The position numbers and the translations under genes were made by a program. This document shows positions 1 to 8,285 of a stretch of DNA of 20,000 bases, piece by piece. Numbering within the stretch: position 1 is the stretch's first letter; each line of letters begins with the position of its first letter. The notes beneath the pieces were generated by a model. That model worked only from the letters and a program-made list of their open reading frames with translations. It had not been told where the DNA came from and searched no databases. Source of the stretch: an uncultured virus (IMG/VR IMGVR_UViG_3300027782_006468) (taxonomy: Duplodnaviria > Heunggongvirae > Uroviricota > Caudoviricetes); IMG/VR virus record IMGVR_UViG_3300027782_006468, positions 56,940-76,939 of that record; one strand, given 5' to 3'.

Positions 1-932
1 TGAAAAACATCATGCTGTTGATGAAATTTGAAATCATTGCCAAACACTCCATCAATCTCACATAATATATTCTGCTTCATACGCATAAAAAGCCATTCTT
101 TTACCTCTTTTAGACCAGACGATAAGTTAGAATCATCATCAAATCTAAGCAATTCCATGACTTTATTGAAATCTAACCAAGCATAGCCAGTCATTTGGTT
201 ATTTTTTTCATAATTTTTCAATAATGGTAATTTGGAAGTAATATTTACAAAATGAAGAAGAAATAAAATGTAATTTTTTGCATCAAAATAATTTAAACAA
301 GCAGATGCATCCATTATTCTAAATTCAATAGTCTGTCTTTTATTGTTTACGAAATGATATGTATTAATCGAATAATATTTATGCATCCCAATTGAATTTA
401 TAAGTTTATTAGAACTAATAAGTGGGTGTTCAACTTCATCAACAATGTCGGAAAAAGACAATAACTGGCAATATCTATTTCTTTTTCTTTTAATTGGAAC
501 CATGTTTGCGAACACATATTCGCATTTAATCCACCAACTAATTACAGAAGCAACTTGATCAACAGAAAGATCGTGAACATCAACATGAACATGAAACGAA
601 CATCTTTCATCTGCTTTTATATTGCTGTCATTGCTAAAAGCATTGACAACAGTAGATACTTTTCTCACTCCATCAATTCCCTTTAAAACTGGTGTGCATA
701 CTTCGATACCACAACTACTATCTGGCTTTAAAATCCAAGAATCATTATTGTGATTATTTCCCCACTTTTGAATAAACACCTTATCTTTGGCAACTTTTTG
801 AACCAGCCAAGAAACATAAAAAATTCCTTTTGGCAAATTTCCCAATTCATAATCAAATGGACGACTTCTGCCATCGAAGGCATTAATTTCTAACTCAACT
901 CCAAAACGCCTTTTATTATTACAATTATTCAT
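1..932 (-). CDS. Putative amidoligase (COOH-NH2 ligase, Amidoligase_2-like); 3' end runs off the window
   Basis: Not in the ORF track; translated by hand: MNNCNNKRRFGVELEINAFD...WILKPDSSCGIEVCTPVL...DERCSFHVHVD...KYYSIN...RQTIEFR. The FGVELE, D-S-(x)-E-x-x-T-P, CSFHVH and TIEFR motifs fit this glutamine-synthetase-fold family. GAGG SD lies 5 nt before the ATG. Confidence 0.82.
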   Translation of the reverse strand, partial: MNNCNNKRRFGVELEINAFDGRSRPFDYELGNLPKGIFYVSWLVQKVAKDKVFIQKWGNNHNNDSWILKPDSSCGIEVCTPVLKGIDGVRKVSTVVNAFSNDSNIKADERCSFHVHVDVHDLSVDQVASVISWWIKCEYVFANMVPIKRKRNRYCQLLSFSDIVDEVEHPLISSNKLINSIGMHKYYSINTYHFVNNKRQTIEFRIMDASACLNYFDAKNYILFLLHFVNITSKLPLLKNYEKNNQMTGYAWLDFNKVMELLRFDDDSNLSSGLKEVKEWLFMRMKQNILCEIDGVFGNDFKFHQQHDVF

Positions 933-942
933 GTTCACCTCA

Positions 943-972
943 TTGCCAAGTCAACGACATCTCTTTTATAAT
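943..972 (+). promoter_or_regulatory. Sigma70-type promoter for the gene starting at 1000
   Basis: TTGCCA (943-948), 18-nt spacer, TATAAT (967-972); then AAGGAG SD and ATG at 1000. Confidence 0.6.
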
Positions 973-999
973 ACAGTAACACCAAATCAAGGAGTTTCT

Positions 1000-1482
1000 A
1001 TGAATTATTTGATGATTGAATTGAAGGACAAAAGAAAATTTATTACAAATAAAAAAAATTTGAGTAATTTAATCGAATTTTCCAAGACATTTAACGCAGA
1101 TCTTTCAATAATAAGCACTGAGAGTAAAAATTCTCTATCACTAGAACAATTGGCAAATGAAATTTGCGACACAAATCGCAAACAAGAAGAATTTGAATAT
1201 AAAACAATTGAAACTTTGAACAAAAAAGAAACAAACCAAAGTAATTTAATATTTTCACATATAATAAAAACACTTCAAAGCAAAAAAGAAATAGATACAA
1301 ATAAACTAATTGCAAAATTCAAAAAAAAAGGAATAGATGAAAAAAACATCTATTCCCAAATAACAAAAGCAAAAAACTACATCAAAAATATAGGAAAAAC
1401 TTTAAAGAGGCTTGGAAAAACCAAATATAAAATTGATTATTCTTCTATCTCTGAATCAATTTCATCATCTATTCCTTCTTGA
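1000..1482 (+). CDS. Hypothetical Lys-rich protein, possible C-terminal winged-helix DNA-binding domain
   Basis: ORF 931..1482; ATG 1000 preferred because of the AAGGAG SD and upstream promoter. The basic helical C-terminus ends in a beta-hairpin-like LKRLGKTKYKI. Overlaps the recA 3' end convergently by 46 nt. Confidence 0.6.
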   Translation: MNYLMIELKDKRKFITNKKNLSNLIEFSKTFNADLSIISTESKNSLSLEQLANEICDTNRKQEEFEYKTIETLNKKETNQSNLIFSHIIKTLQSKKEIDTNKLIAKFKKKGIDEKNIYSQITKAKNYIKNIGKTLKRLGKTKYKIDYSSISESISSSIPS

Positions 1483-2645
1483 TTGGTTATGTCTGTTTCT
1501 ATGACATCACCACCAATCTGGAATTCCATAGCTGCTTTAAATGGCTCCAAATAATCAATTATATCTTGTTCAGATGCTGCATCAATAATCGATGGGCATT
1601 TGAGCAAGATTTCAAGAGGAATTTCATTCTTGTCTAAGGAGGCTTTGAATTTAATTTCCTCACCATTGCTATAAGGCTCTGCAACGATGAAATTTCCAGC
1701 ACTCTTGGCAATAATCCTATTTGCATCAAGCAAACAAGATAATAAGCCACTAACAGGATTTATTCCGTGTTCAAAAAGCAATTGAATGTTTTCTGTTGAA
1801 ATAAATGGTGTATGAGTCTTATTTTTAACATTTTTAACACGAATGTTAATGCCAAGAATCTTGGTTTTTTTTGCACTAATTTTATATTCTATCTTCTTCA
1901 TTGTCGATGTTTCTAATCGACACGAAGCATAAAACGGTAAAGCATTACCACCACCAGCAGTTGTGGTTGGATTTCCATAAAGAACACCAATTTTTGAACG
2001 AGTCTGATTCAAAATGACAACAGTAGCATCATTCTTTTCCATAACTGTGTTCAATTTTCGGAATTCTCTAGAACAAATCTTAGCTCTTTCTCCGGGTTGC
2101 TCATGCCCACCAACAATGCGTTTGAAATCAGCTTTCGAAGCGTTCTCTGGAAGATTAACCTCTCTAAGCTCTCTAGCCGATGGACTTACGCCAATGGAGT
2201 CATAAACAATAGCAATCGGACATTCTTTTCTTTTTGATCGAACAAATTCAATAGATTTATACATCTTCAAAAAGACATCTTCCAATGCTTGTGGAGTATG
2301 TCTGACGATTTTATTCAAATCGCAATGTGATGCTCGTTGAATAAATTCTTTATTAGCAGAATTCTCACAATCTTCCAAAATAGCAATTCCACCAGAACGC
2401 TGGCAACCGAACAAAACATTTGTTCCAATCAAAGATTTTGAACTAGATGAAGGACCATAAATTTCCGTAAGCTTACCGCCCGGAACTCCACCGCCCATAA
2501 ACTTTCCACTACAAATATAATTGATTGCCAAATTTCCACTATCTACAAAATATTTAACGCTATCAATTTCAGCCACAATATCGCCACCAGTTTCATTTGC
2601 TAAATCTTGGAAGAAATTATCTTCATCGACTTTTTTACGAGCCAT
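1437..2645 (-). CDS. recA: RecA/UvsX-family recombinase
   Basis: [28 protein letters not shown] (Walker A region), DCEN (catalytic Glu), IVYDS (Walker B), [32 protein letters not shown], KNK; acidic tail. Start moved to ATG 2645 (AAAGGAG SD). Confidence 0.93.
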   Translation of the reverse strand: [402 protein letters not shown]

Positions 2646-2673
2646 AGTATCTCCTTTGTATATTATTTGAATA

Positions 2674-2711
2674 TGATAAAGCGTGAACACACCCATAGAT
2701 GCGTTCACGCT
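2674..2711 (-). terminator. Probable intrinsic terminator after the SSB gene
   Basis: Minus strand AGCGTGAACGCATC-TATG-GGTGTGTTCACGCT followed by TTATCAT. The 14-bp stem extends through G-U pairs only on the minus strand. The U-tract is weak. Confidence 0.65.
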
Positions 2712-2723
2712 AAAAGTGATTGT

Positions 2724-3728
2724 TTAGATTCCGTCAAGTTGCTTCAAGAAATCATCATCAGCAAGAGATTCATCTTCGCTAATAACACTCTTTGAAACCT
2801 TCTTGGATACAAGAACTTCTTCTCTGATGACATCAGAGCCAGTTATTACAGATTCTGCAGATTTTGCAGCAGCTTGAACTGGTGATTTGCTATAAAACTC
2901 ATCGAGTTCTCCAGCCGAGTCACCTTCAACAACCATACCTGTATGAACACGAAGACCATGCTTGATTTCTTCGGAAGTCTTCAGTTTTCTCAACGCAGAC
3001 AAATCGTTAAGATTACCGAACCAATTTTCCAATTCTTCTGGTGTTCCAGCAATAGACGCTTCCTCAAACTTTGAAAAATCATAGTTTGGATACTCTCTAT
3101 TCCCACTTTTAACAACCTTCTTTACAAGCCTAAAATCACGACCAGTTGTTGGATGTGTGATATCGCCTAGTTCTTTTTCTCCAGCAGCCTCATCACCAGA
3201 AATTGCTCTCATAATCTTGCTATGAACTTGCTTGCCACAAGAATAAATCTTAGGTCCAACATTAGCTGCTGTAGCTTTATTCTTCGGATCAACCTCTGAA
3301 CGCACAATTACATTGTAATAATAGCGTTCTATAGGCTTGAGTTCTCGTGCTTTGTTCTGAAGATTTTCCTGTTCTTTTCCAGAAAGACCTTCGGACTTCT
3401 GCCACAAGTCAGAATAGTACTTGCAAATAATACATTCGCCACGCCAAGCTTCTGCACCTTTGTCGTTTGGTGAAAGCTCTCTAGGGCAATGATAGGTTTT
3501 CTTTTGATTGGTCGTAGGATTTGTCAGCGTGTGAATTCTGGTCGCACAGTAGAGTCGATGACCTTTTTTCTTTGGAAGAAATCGCATCATTACGAATCCA
3601 TCCCTATCTGGCATCTTAACAAACTTTTGAAGGTACTCGTTGTCAAGACCTCCACCGTTTTCTGAGCTAACTCGTTTAGCTTCTGCTTTAATTTCGTTAA
3701 TGTCTAGTGGTTCGTAGTCAATTCCCAT
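2724..3728 (-). CDS. T4 gp32-like single-stranded DNA-binding protein
   Basis: RFLP, candidate Zn ligands (RIH...HCP...CIIC), RYYYNVIVR, GRDFRL, YPNYDFSKF and acidic C-terminal tail DDDFLKQLDGI; sits directly upstream of the recombinase. Confidence 0.85.
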   Translation of the reverse strand: MGIDYEPLDINEIKAEAKRVSSENGGGLDNEYLQKFVKMPDRDGFVMMRFLPKKKGHRLYCATRIHTLTNPTTNQKKTYHCPRELSPNDKGAEAWRGECIICKYYSDLWQKSEGLSGKEQENLQNKARELKPIERYYYNVIVRSEVDPKNKATAANVGPKIYSCGKQVHSKIMRAISGDEAAGEKELGDITHPTTGRDFRLVKKVVKSGNREYPNYDFSKFEEASIAGTPEELENWFGNLNDLSALRKLKTSEEIKHGLRVHTGMVVEGDSAGELDEFYSKSPVQAAAKSAESVITGSDVIREEVLVSKKVSKSVISEDESLADDDFLKQLDGI

Positions 3729-3760
3729 AGTTCGCCTCGTAGTTAAAAGTTAAGTAGTTT

Positions 3761-3783
3761 AGACAACGAACAACTCGTTGTCT
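3761..3783 (-). promoter_or_regulatory. Stem-loop in the 5' leader of the SSB gene
   Basis: Perfect 9-bp inverted repeat AGACAACGA (3761-3769) / TCGTTGTCT (3775-3783), 32 nt upstream of the ATG. Confidence 0.55.
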
Positions 3784-3857
3784 GACTTCGTTTATTAGTA
3801 TCATTATCTAGAATTCATTGCAAGATTAATTTATAAAAAAAACTATTCTTTTAAAAA

Positions 3858-4277
3858 TTAAATATTGATGGGTGAATCTGGATTCTGCAATTTCTCTTCC
3901 GACTCAACAACTTCCTTGTGCATTGCTGCGAGTTTATCTTGCAAGTTTCCATGTCCTTTGGATTCCAAATCTCCATTGAGATCATCTCTGCTTTGTCGTT
4001 CTTTTGAAAATTCTTCCTCTAATGCTTTCAATATTTGTTGATTTTTCAAAAGCTGCTCTTTGATTTTTGCGTCTCTATCTTCCATGGATTCATCTTTCTT
4101 TTTCATGTTGATAATGGGATTTTGTTTTGGCTGAACTAATTTTTCGAGCATATATTTCTTGGATTCTTCTTTACGCTCTTTGCGTACAGCCTCACGCCTT
4201 AGTAAAACTTTTACTTTAGACTTCTTTTCTCGCTCTTTACGCTTTTTTGCAATCTTTTCTTCTTTCTTCATGATCAT
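3858..4277 (-). CDS. Hypothetical basic coiled-coil protein
   Basis: 139-aa ORF, K/R/E-rich, packed in the minus-strand operon; no recognisable motif. Confidence 0.7.
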   Translation of the reverse strand: MIMKKEEKIAKKRKEREKKSKVKVLLRREAVRKERKEESKKYMLEKLVQPKQNPIINMKKKDESMEDRDAKIKEQLLKNQQILKALEEEFSKERQSRDDLNGDLESKGHGNLQDKLAAMHKEVVESEEKLQNPDSPINI

Positions 4278-4278
4278 C

Positions 4279-5004
4279 CTACTTTCTTAGGTTAGGCACA
4301 TTATCAGCAACTGCTCCGCCCCAATAAAGGTTGCCATGTTCCCTTTGTTTTTGGGTTTCAGAAAAATTCAACTCACTATCTGCCAAAAGATTCACATTGC
4401 CGGGAACAAAAAACTTATCGCTTATTTTTATTTCCCGATTAGTGTCATCAATAATTGTAAGTATCTCGCCATGTATAGAACCAGTCTTTCCATAAACTGC
4501 ATACTTTTTATCCACCGTAAGTCTATATCCCTTGTTCCTTACTTCGGTAATCATTTGTGGTTCTGGAAAAAACACCACATTGTCTACAATTCTTTTTCCT
4601 GACTGCCCACTTGCAGTTAATTCTTTTTTTGAATTTGCCAATTGTTCGTGGGGATAAAGAGTATTCTGCCCCTGCAATGGAACTACTGCGGTGCTTTTCT
4701 CTGGCTCTACTTCTTGTGTTATAAAATTTCCAGAAGTCTGATCAAATAAGAATTTTTTGTTCTTTATGACCACACCATTATCAGCTTCTCTAAAAGTAAT
4801 TTTCTTTTTAGCGAGTTCAAATATTTCAACGCCAATAACAAAAATATCTCTTCTTGCCAATTGACCCATGACACTACTCGCCAATGTTTCTAGAGAAACA
4901 TCTTCAAATGGATCTCCGACCTTTTTCTTTAAGGTTTTTGTTTCTTCTTTGTTGTAATTCCCATCCTGTTTTTCATGATAGGAATAAATAATTTCGTAGC
5001 CCAC
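4279..5004 (-). CDS. Hypothetical protein
   Basis: ORF 4279..5070; GTG at 5004 (MGYEIIYSY...) with a GGGGG SD-like run is preferred because it removes the overlap with the upstream gene. Confidence 0.72.
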   Translation of the reverse strand: MGYEIIYSYHEKQDGNYNKEETKTLKKKVGDPFEDVSLETLASSVMGQLARRDIFVIGVEIFELAKKKITFREADNGVVIKNKKFLFDQTSGNFITQEVEPEKSTAVVPLQGQNTLYPHEQLANSKKELTASGQSGKRIVDNVVFFPEPQMITEVRNKGYRLTVDKKYAVYGKTGSIHGEILTIIDDTNREIKISDKFFVPGNVNLLADSELNFSETQKQREHGNLYWGGAVADNVPNLRK

Positions 5005-5032
5005 ACGCACCCCCAGTGAACTAAATAAGTAA

Positions 5033-5659
5033 CTACTTAAACAAAATACCAGTTCCATATCTTGTTTCAAAAAAATTTGGCTTTACACCAACACTATCAG
5101 CAAAAGCCAAATACGCTTGTTTCACAGGTTTTAGATCCAAAGCATTGTCAATAATAATACAGCCATCATCTGATAAATATTCCCATGATACTTCAAGCAT
5201 ATAGAGAATATAATCATAATTTTTTTCTTCATTTATAAAAATTGCATCCCATTTTCTCTTCCCGATTCTATCGTGAAAATCATCATTTTTCATATCGCCT
5301 GTGAAAAAATCAAAATCTTTTTTGTAAGATTTTCTAATATTGTAAAAGCCCATACGATTAGAAAAGTAAACATTTTTATCAGTTTGATGGAAAGCAAGAA
5401 AATACTCTGTTTCTAAACAAGACATAAAAAAACACTTCTCTAATAATCCTAAATTGAAACTCAAAGATAATACACTCTTTGGCTTTATAAATTTACCTAA
5501 ATGGTAATAAAAAGGAACATAAAGCGGGTCGCTATATGAAGGACTTCTTCTAGAATTTTCATCAATTAATTTGCAATCTTGAAGGAGTATCTTGCCGTTT
5601 ACAAGTTTCTTTCTCAATAACTCTTTAATTTCTTTTTGAATGATATCAAAATTAGGCAT
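5033..5659 (-). CDS. Divergent class I SAM-methyltransferase-like protein (Methyltransf_24-like)
   Basis: KPKSVLSLSFNLG (degenerate motif I), WDAIFIN, WEYLSDDGCIIIDNA, VKQAYLAF, and terminal YGTGIL follow that fold's pattern; several canonical residues are lost. Confidence 0.5.
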   Translation of the reverse strand: MPNFDIIQKEIKELLRKKLVNGKILLQDCKLIDENSRRSPSYSDPLYVPFYYHLGKFIKPKSVLSLSFNLGLLEKCFFMSCLETEYFLAFHQTDKNVYFSNRMGFYNIRKSYKKDFDFFTGDMKNDDFHDRIGKRKWDAIFINEEKNYDYILYMLEVSWEYLSDDGCIIIDNALDLKPVKQAYLAFADSVGVKPNFFETRYGTGILFK

Positions 5660-5690
5660 ATAATATTATAGCTTTAACTACGGATATATT

Positions 5691-6803
5691 ATGTACGACT
5701 TTATTATTGTTGGATCAGGATTTTTTGGATCAACATTTGCAAGGCGAGTTACCGACCTTGGAAAAAAATGTTTAGTTCTAGATAAAAAGCCACACATTGC
5801 AGGGGCAGCACACGATATGCCTCAAGATGATTACTATGTTTCATCTTATGGCGCACATGTATTTCACACACACAGCGAAGAGGTTTGGGAATTTGCCAAT
5901 AACTTTTCTGAATTTATTCCATTTATAAATAGACCAAAAGTTCTATCGAATGAAAAAATATATTCATTTCCAATAAATTTGATGACACTTCAACAACTTT
6001 GGGGAATAAAAACTCCAGCTGAAGCAAAAAAAATATTAGAAGAAAAAAAAATTCCATGCGAAAATCCAAGTAATTTTGAAGAATGGGCATTATCCATGGT
6101 TGGAGAAGAAATATATAAAAAATTCTTCTATGGATATACAAAAAAACAATATATGCGAGAACCAAAAGAACTTCCAACATCAATAATTCAAAGACTTCCT
6201 ATTCGACTTACATATGACGAAAATTATTTTACTACGAAATTTCAAGGGATTCCAAAAAATGGATATACAAATCTAATTTATAATATGCTTGATGGTATTG
6301 ATGTTGAGGTTGGTGTAGATTTTATAAAACAAAAAGACAAACTAATGCGTCTCGCAAAACAGATTGTCTATACAGGTCGAATAGATGAATTTTTTGATTT
6401 TGAATTTGGGAAACTTGAATACAACACCATGAAATTTGAGAAAAAAGAATTTATTGGAGATCAACAAGGAAATGCAGTTATAAATCATGTTGATGAATCG
6501 GTTCGATATCTTCGAAGCATAGAGCATCGTCATTTCTACAAACACGGAGAGTCTATCAAACATTATGCTGGTAAAAAAGAAGATTTCACTAGCGTAATAA
6601 CCTACGACATTCCAGCAACATATGAAGAAAATCCAGACCCATTATACCCAATTAGAAATAAAATAAATTCTGAAATTTATCAAAAATATTCATCAATCAA
6701 ACCAAGTAATGTAACATTTGGCGGAAGATTGGGAGAATATAAATATTTGGACATGGATCAAAGTATGGCTTCTGCTCTTCAAAAGGCTAAATCCTTTGAA
6801 TGA
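5691..6803 (+). CDS. glf: UDP-galactopyranose mutase
   Basis: FAD-binding IIVGSGFFG, YGAHVFHT, FFYGYTKKQY, RLPIR..YDENYF, QGIPKNGYT, YTGRIDEFF, EHRHF, GGRLGEYKYLDMDQ. Confidence 0.95.
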   Translation: MYDFIIVGSGFFGSTFARRVTDLGKKCLVLDKKPHIAGAAHDMPQDDYYVSSYGAHVFHTHSEEVWEFANNFSEFIPFINRPKVLSNEKIYSFPINLMTLQQLWGIKTPAEAKKILEEKKIPCENPSNFEEWALSMVGEEIYKKFFYGYTKKQYMREPKELPTSIIQRLPIRLTYDENYFTTKFQGIPKNGYTNLIYNMLDGIDVEVGVDFIKQKDKLMRLAKQIVYTGRIDEFFDFEFGKLEYNTMKFEKKEFIGDQQGNAVINHVDESVRYLRSIEHRHFYKHGESIKHYAGKKEDFTSVITYDIPATYEENPDPLYPIRNKINSEIYQKYSSIKPSNVTFGGRLGEYKYLDMDQSMASALQKAKSFE

Positions 6804-6805
6804 AA

Positions 6806-7243
6806 TTATTCATGATCATATAGACACAACTCAACACCAGCCTCTTTGAACATTGTTCTGGAAATGTCACAGGAATCTTTCCATCTTTTTGCCAATTCTT
6901 CTGATAAGTTTGGTGCTATGCATCTTTTAATTCCACTTTGAATGATTAGAGAGGCACAACCAGAACATGGCATGAATGGATATGTAACTATAGAACATCC
7001 ATTCAAATTCCTTTGGGCAAATAAAATAGCATTAGCCTCTGCGTGGACTACCATTTTATACTTTATATCTCGATCATCATATCTTTGAGGATCATCACAA
7101 ACACCTTTTGGAAATCCATTGTAACCTATAGAGACTATTCTTTTGTCGGAATCAAAAATAACAGCACCAACTTTGGTTGATGGATCTTTGCTCCAAAGAG
7201 AAATGTGTTTAGCTAAATCTAAAAATCTAATATCCCAAATCAT
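6806..7243 (-). CDS. dCMP deaminase
   Basis: SKDPSTKVGAVI, GYNGFP, HAEANA and PCSGC zinc motifs. Start at ATG 7243, overlapping the upstream stop (TAATG), with an AAGGA SD. Confidence 0.93.
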   Translation of the reverse strand: MIWDIRFLDLAKHISLWSKDPSTKVGAVIFDSDKRIVSIGYNGFPKGVCDDPQRYDDRDIKYKMVVHAEANAILFAQRNLNGCSIVTYPFMPCSGCASLIIQSGIKRCIAPNLSEELAKRWKDSCDISRTMFKEAGVELCLYDHE

Positions 7244-7785
7244 TAAATTCCTTCGCAATCTTCAGCATCATAAGCCATTAAATTACTTGCAAATTCGTCT
7301 TGTGGCTGGCAATAATTCGTCTTATACAAAAAATGATACGCATCAAAGATTCCCTCGTCATCTCTAAAAAAATCTTTTTCTATAGATACAGCTTTAAATC
7401 CCATGCTCTTGAAAAAAAGATGGGCATGAAATCTTTCTTCAGAAATATAGGAATTTATATAATTTCGTTTATCTTTTTCTTCTGGATTGCAAGATTCTGA
7501 TCCTAGTTTGTCAATCAATTGATCTACCATCGCTCTGGCATAACCACGCCTACGATAATTTGGATTTATTGCTATATTGATAATATAAAATCCTTTAGGC
7601 ATCAGTTCGTACAAAATAAAGCCAACTATATTATTATCAACTATAATTACCTTTCCAATGTTGCCCCTATTTTTCAAACAATCCAAGAAATCTTTATGAC
7701 ACCAAGGTTGAGAAAAAGAATCTTTTTCAATTTTTACAACCAAATCAATATCATCTTTTATCATCCAACGAATATTATATTTCAT
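7243..7785 (-). CDS. RimI-like GNAT N-acetyltransferase
   Basis: IEKDSFSQPW, IVGFILYE, NIAINPNYRRRGYA (acetyl-CoA motif A), FFKSMGFK, DAY. Confidence 0.85.
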   Translation of the reverse strand: MKYNIRWMIKDDIDLVVKIEKDSFSQPWCHKDFLDCLKNRGNIGKVIIVDNNIVGFILYELMPKGFYIINIAINPNYRRRGYARAMVDQLIDKLGSESCNPEEKDKRNYINSYISEERFHAHLFFKSMGFKAVSIEKDFFRDDEGIFDAYHFLYKTNYCQPQDEFASNLMAYDAEDCEGI

Positions 7786-7791
7786 CTACAT

Positions 7792-8283
7792 TCACCGTTT
7801 TAAAATGTCTTCAGCATTGCACAATCCATCACTTCCATCTCTCCCTTCGTATATGTCCTTATTTAATTTGTCCAACTCCTTACGCAAAGTATGTCCACGA
7901 TTTTGTGCATTGTCATGATTTTTATCCCAAGCTTTTAAATACATTTTCAAAAATCCAACCGCAGATTTTCTTTCTATGACTTTTCCGAACAACTCAACAC
8001 ATTCCTGATTGCATTGAGATTTAGCCTTGCAATAAGTGTCAGAGCCTCCTTGGTCTTTATTCGAAATGTATATTTCGTTATATTTAGTCTCATAGGCAAG
8101 TTCAGCTAGTGATAGCTCTTTGTTTGCCATTTCAAGTTGTTTTCCGTAATAATCAATCCAAGCATATTCCTTATCCATATATTCGCTCAATGTAAATTCA
8201 TTGAATTTCATATTATCTGGATCAAGAATTATTTCTTTATTATTTACAATTACCTTAATCTTTTCGCTCGGTATTTCTGACAT
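7792..8283 (-). CDS. Helical hypothetical protein, possibly a UvsY-like recombination mediator
   Basis: 163 aa, coiled-coil character, C-terminal KAWDKNHDNAQNRGHTLR loosely like the end of UvsY; UvsX- and UvsW-like genes are in the same window. The UvsY call is inference. Confidence 0.45.
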   Translation of the reverse strand: MSEIPSEKIKVIVNNKEIILDPDNMKFNEFTLSEYMDKEYAWIDYYGKQLEMANKELSLAELAYETKYNEIYISNKDQGGSDTYCKAKSQCNQECVELFGKVIERKSAVGFLKMYLKAWDKNHDNAQNRGHTLRKELDKLNKDIYEGRDGSDGLCNAEDILKR

Positions 8284-8285
8284 GT

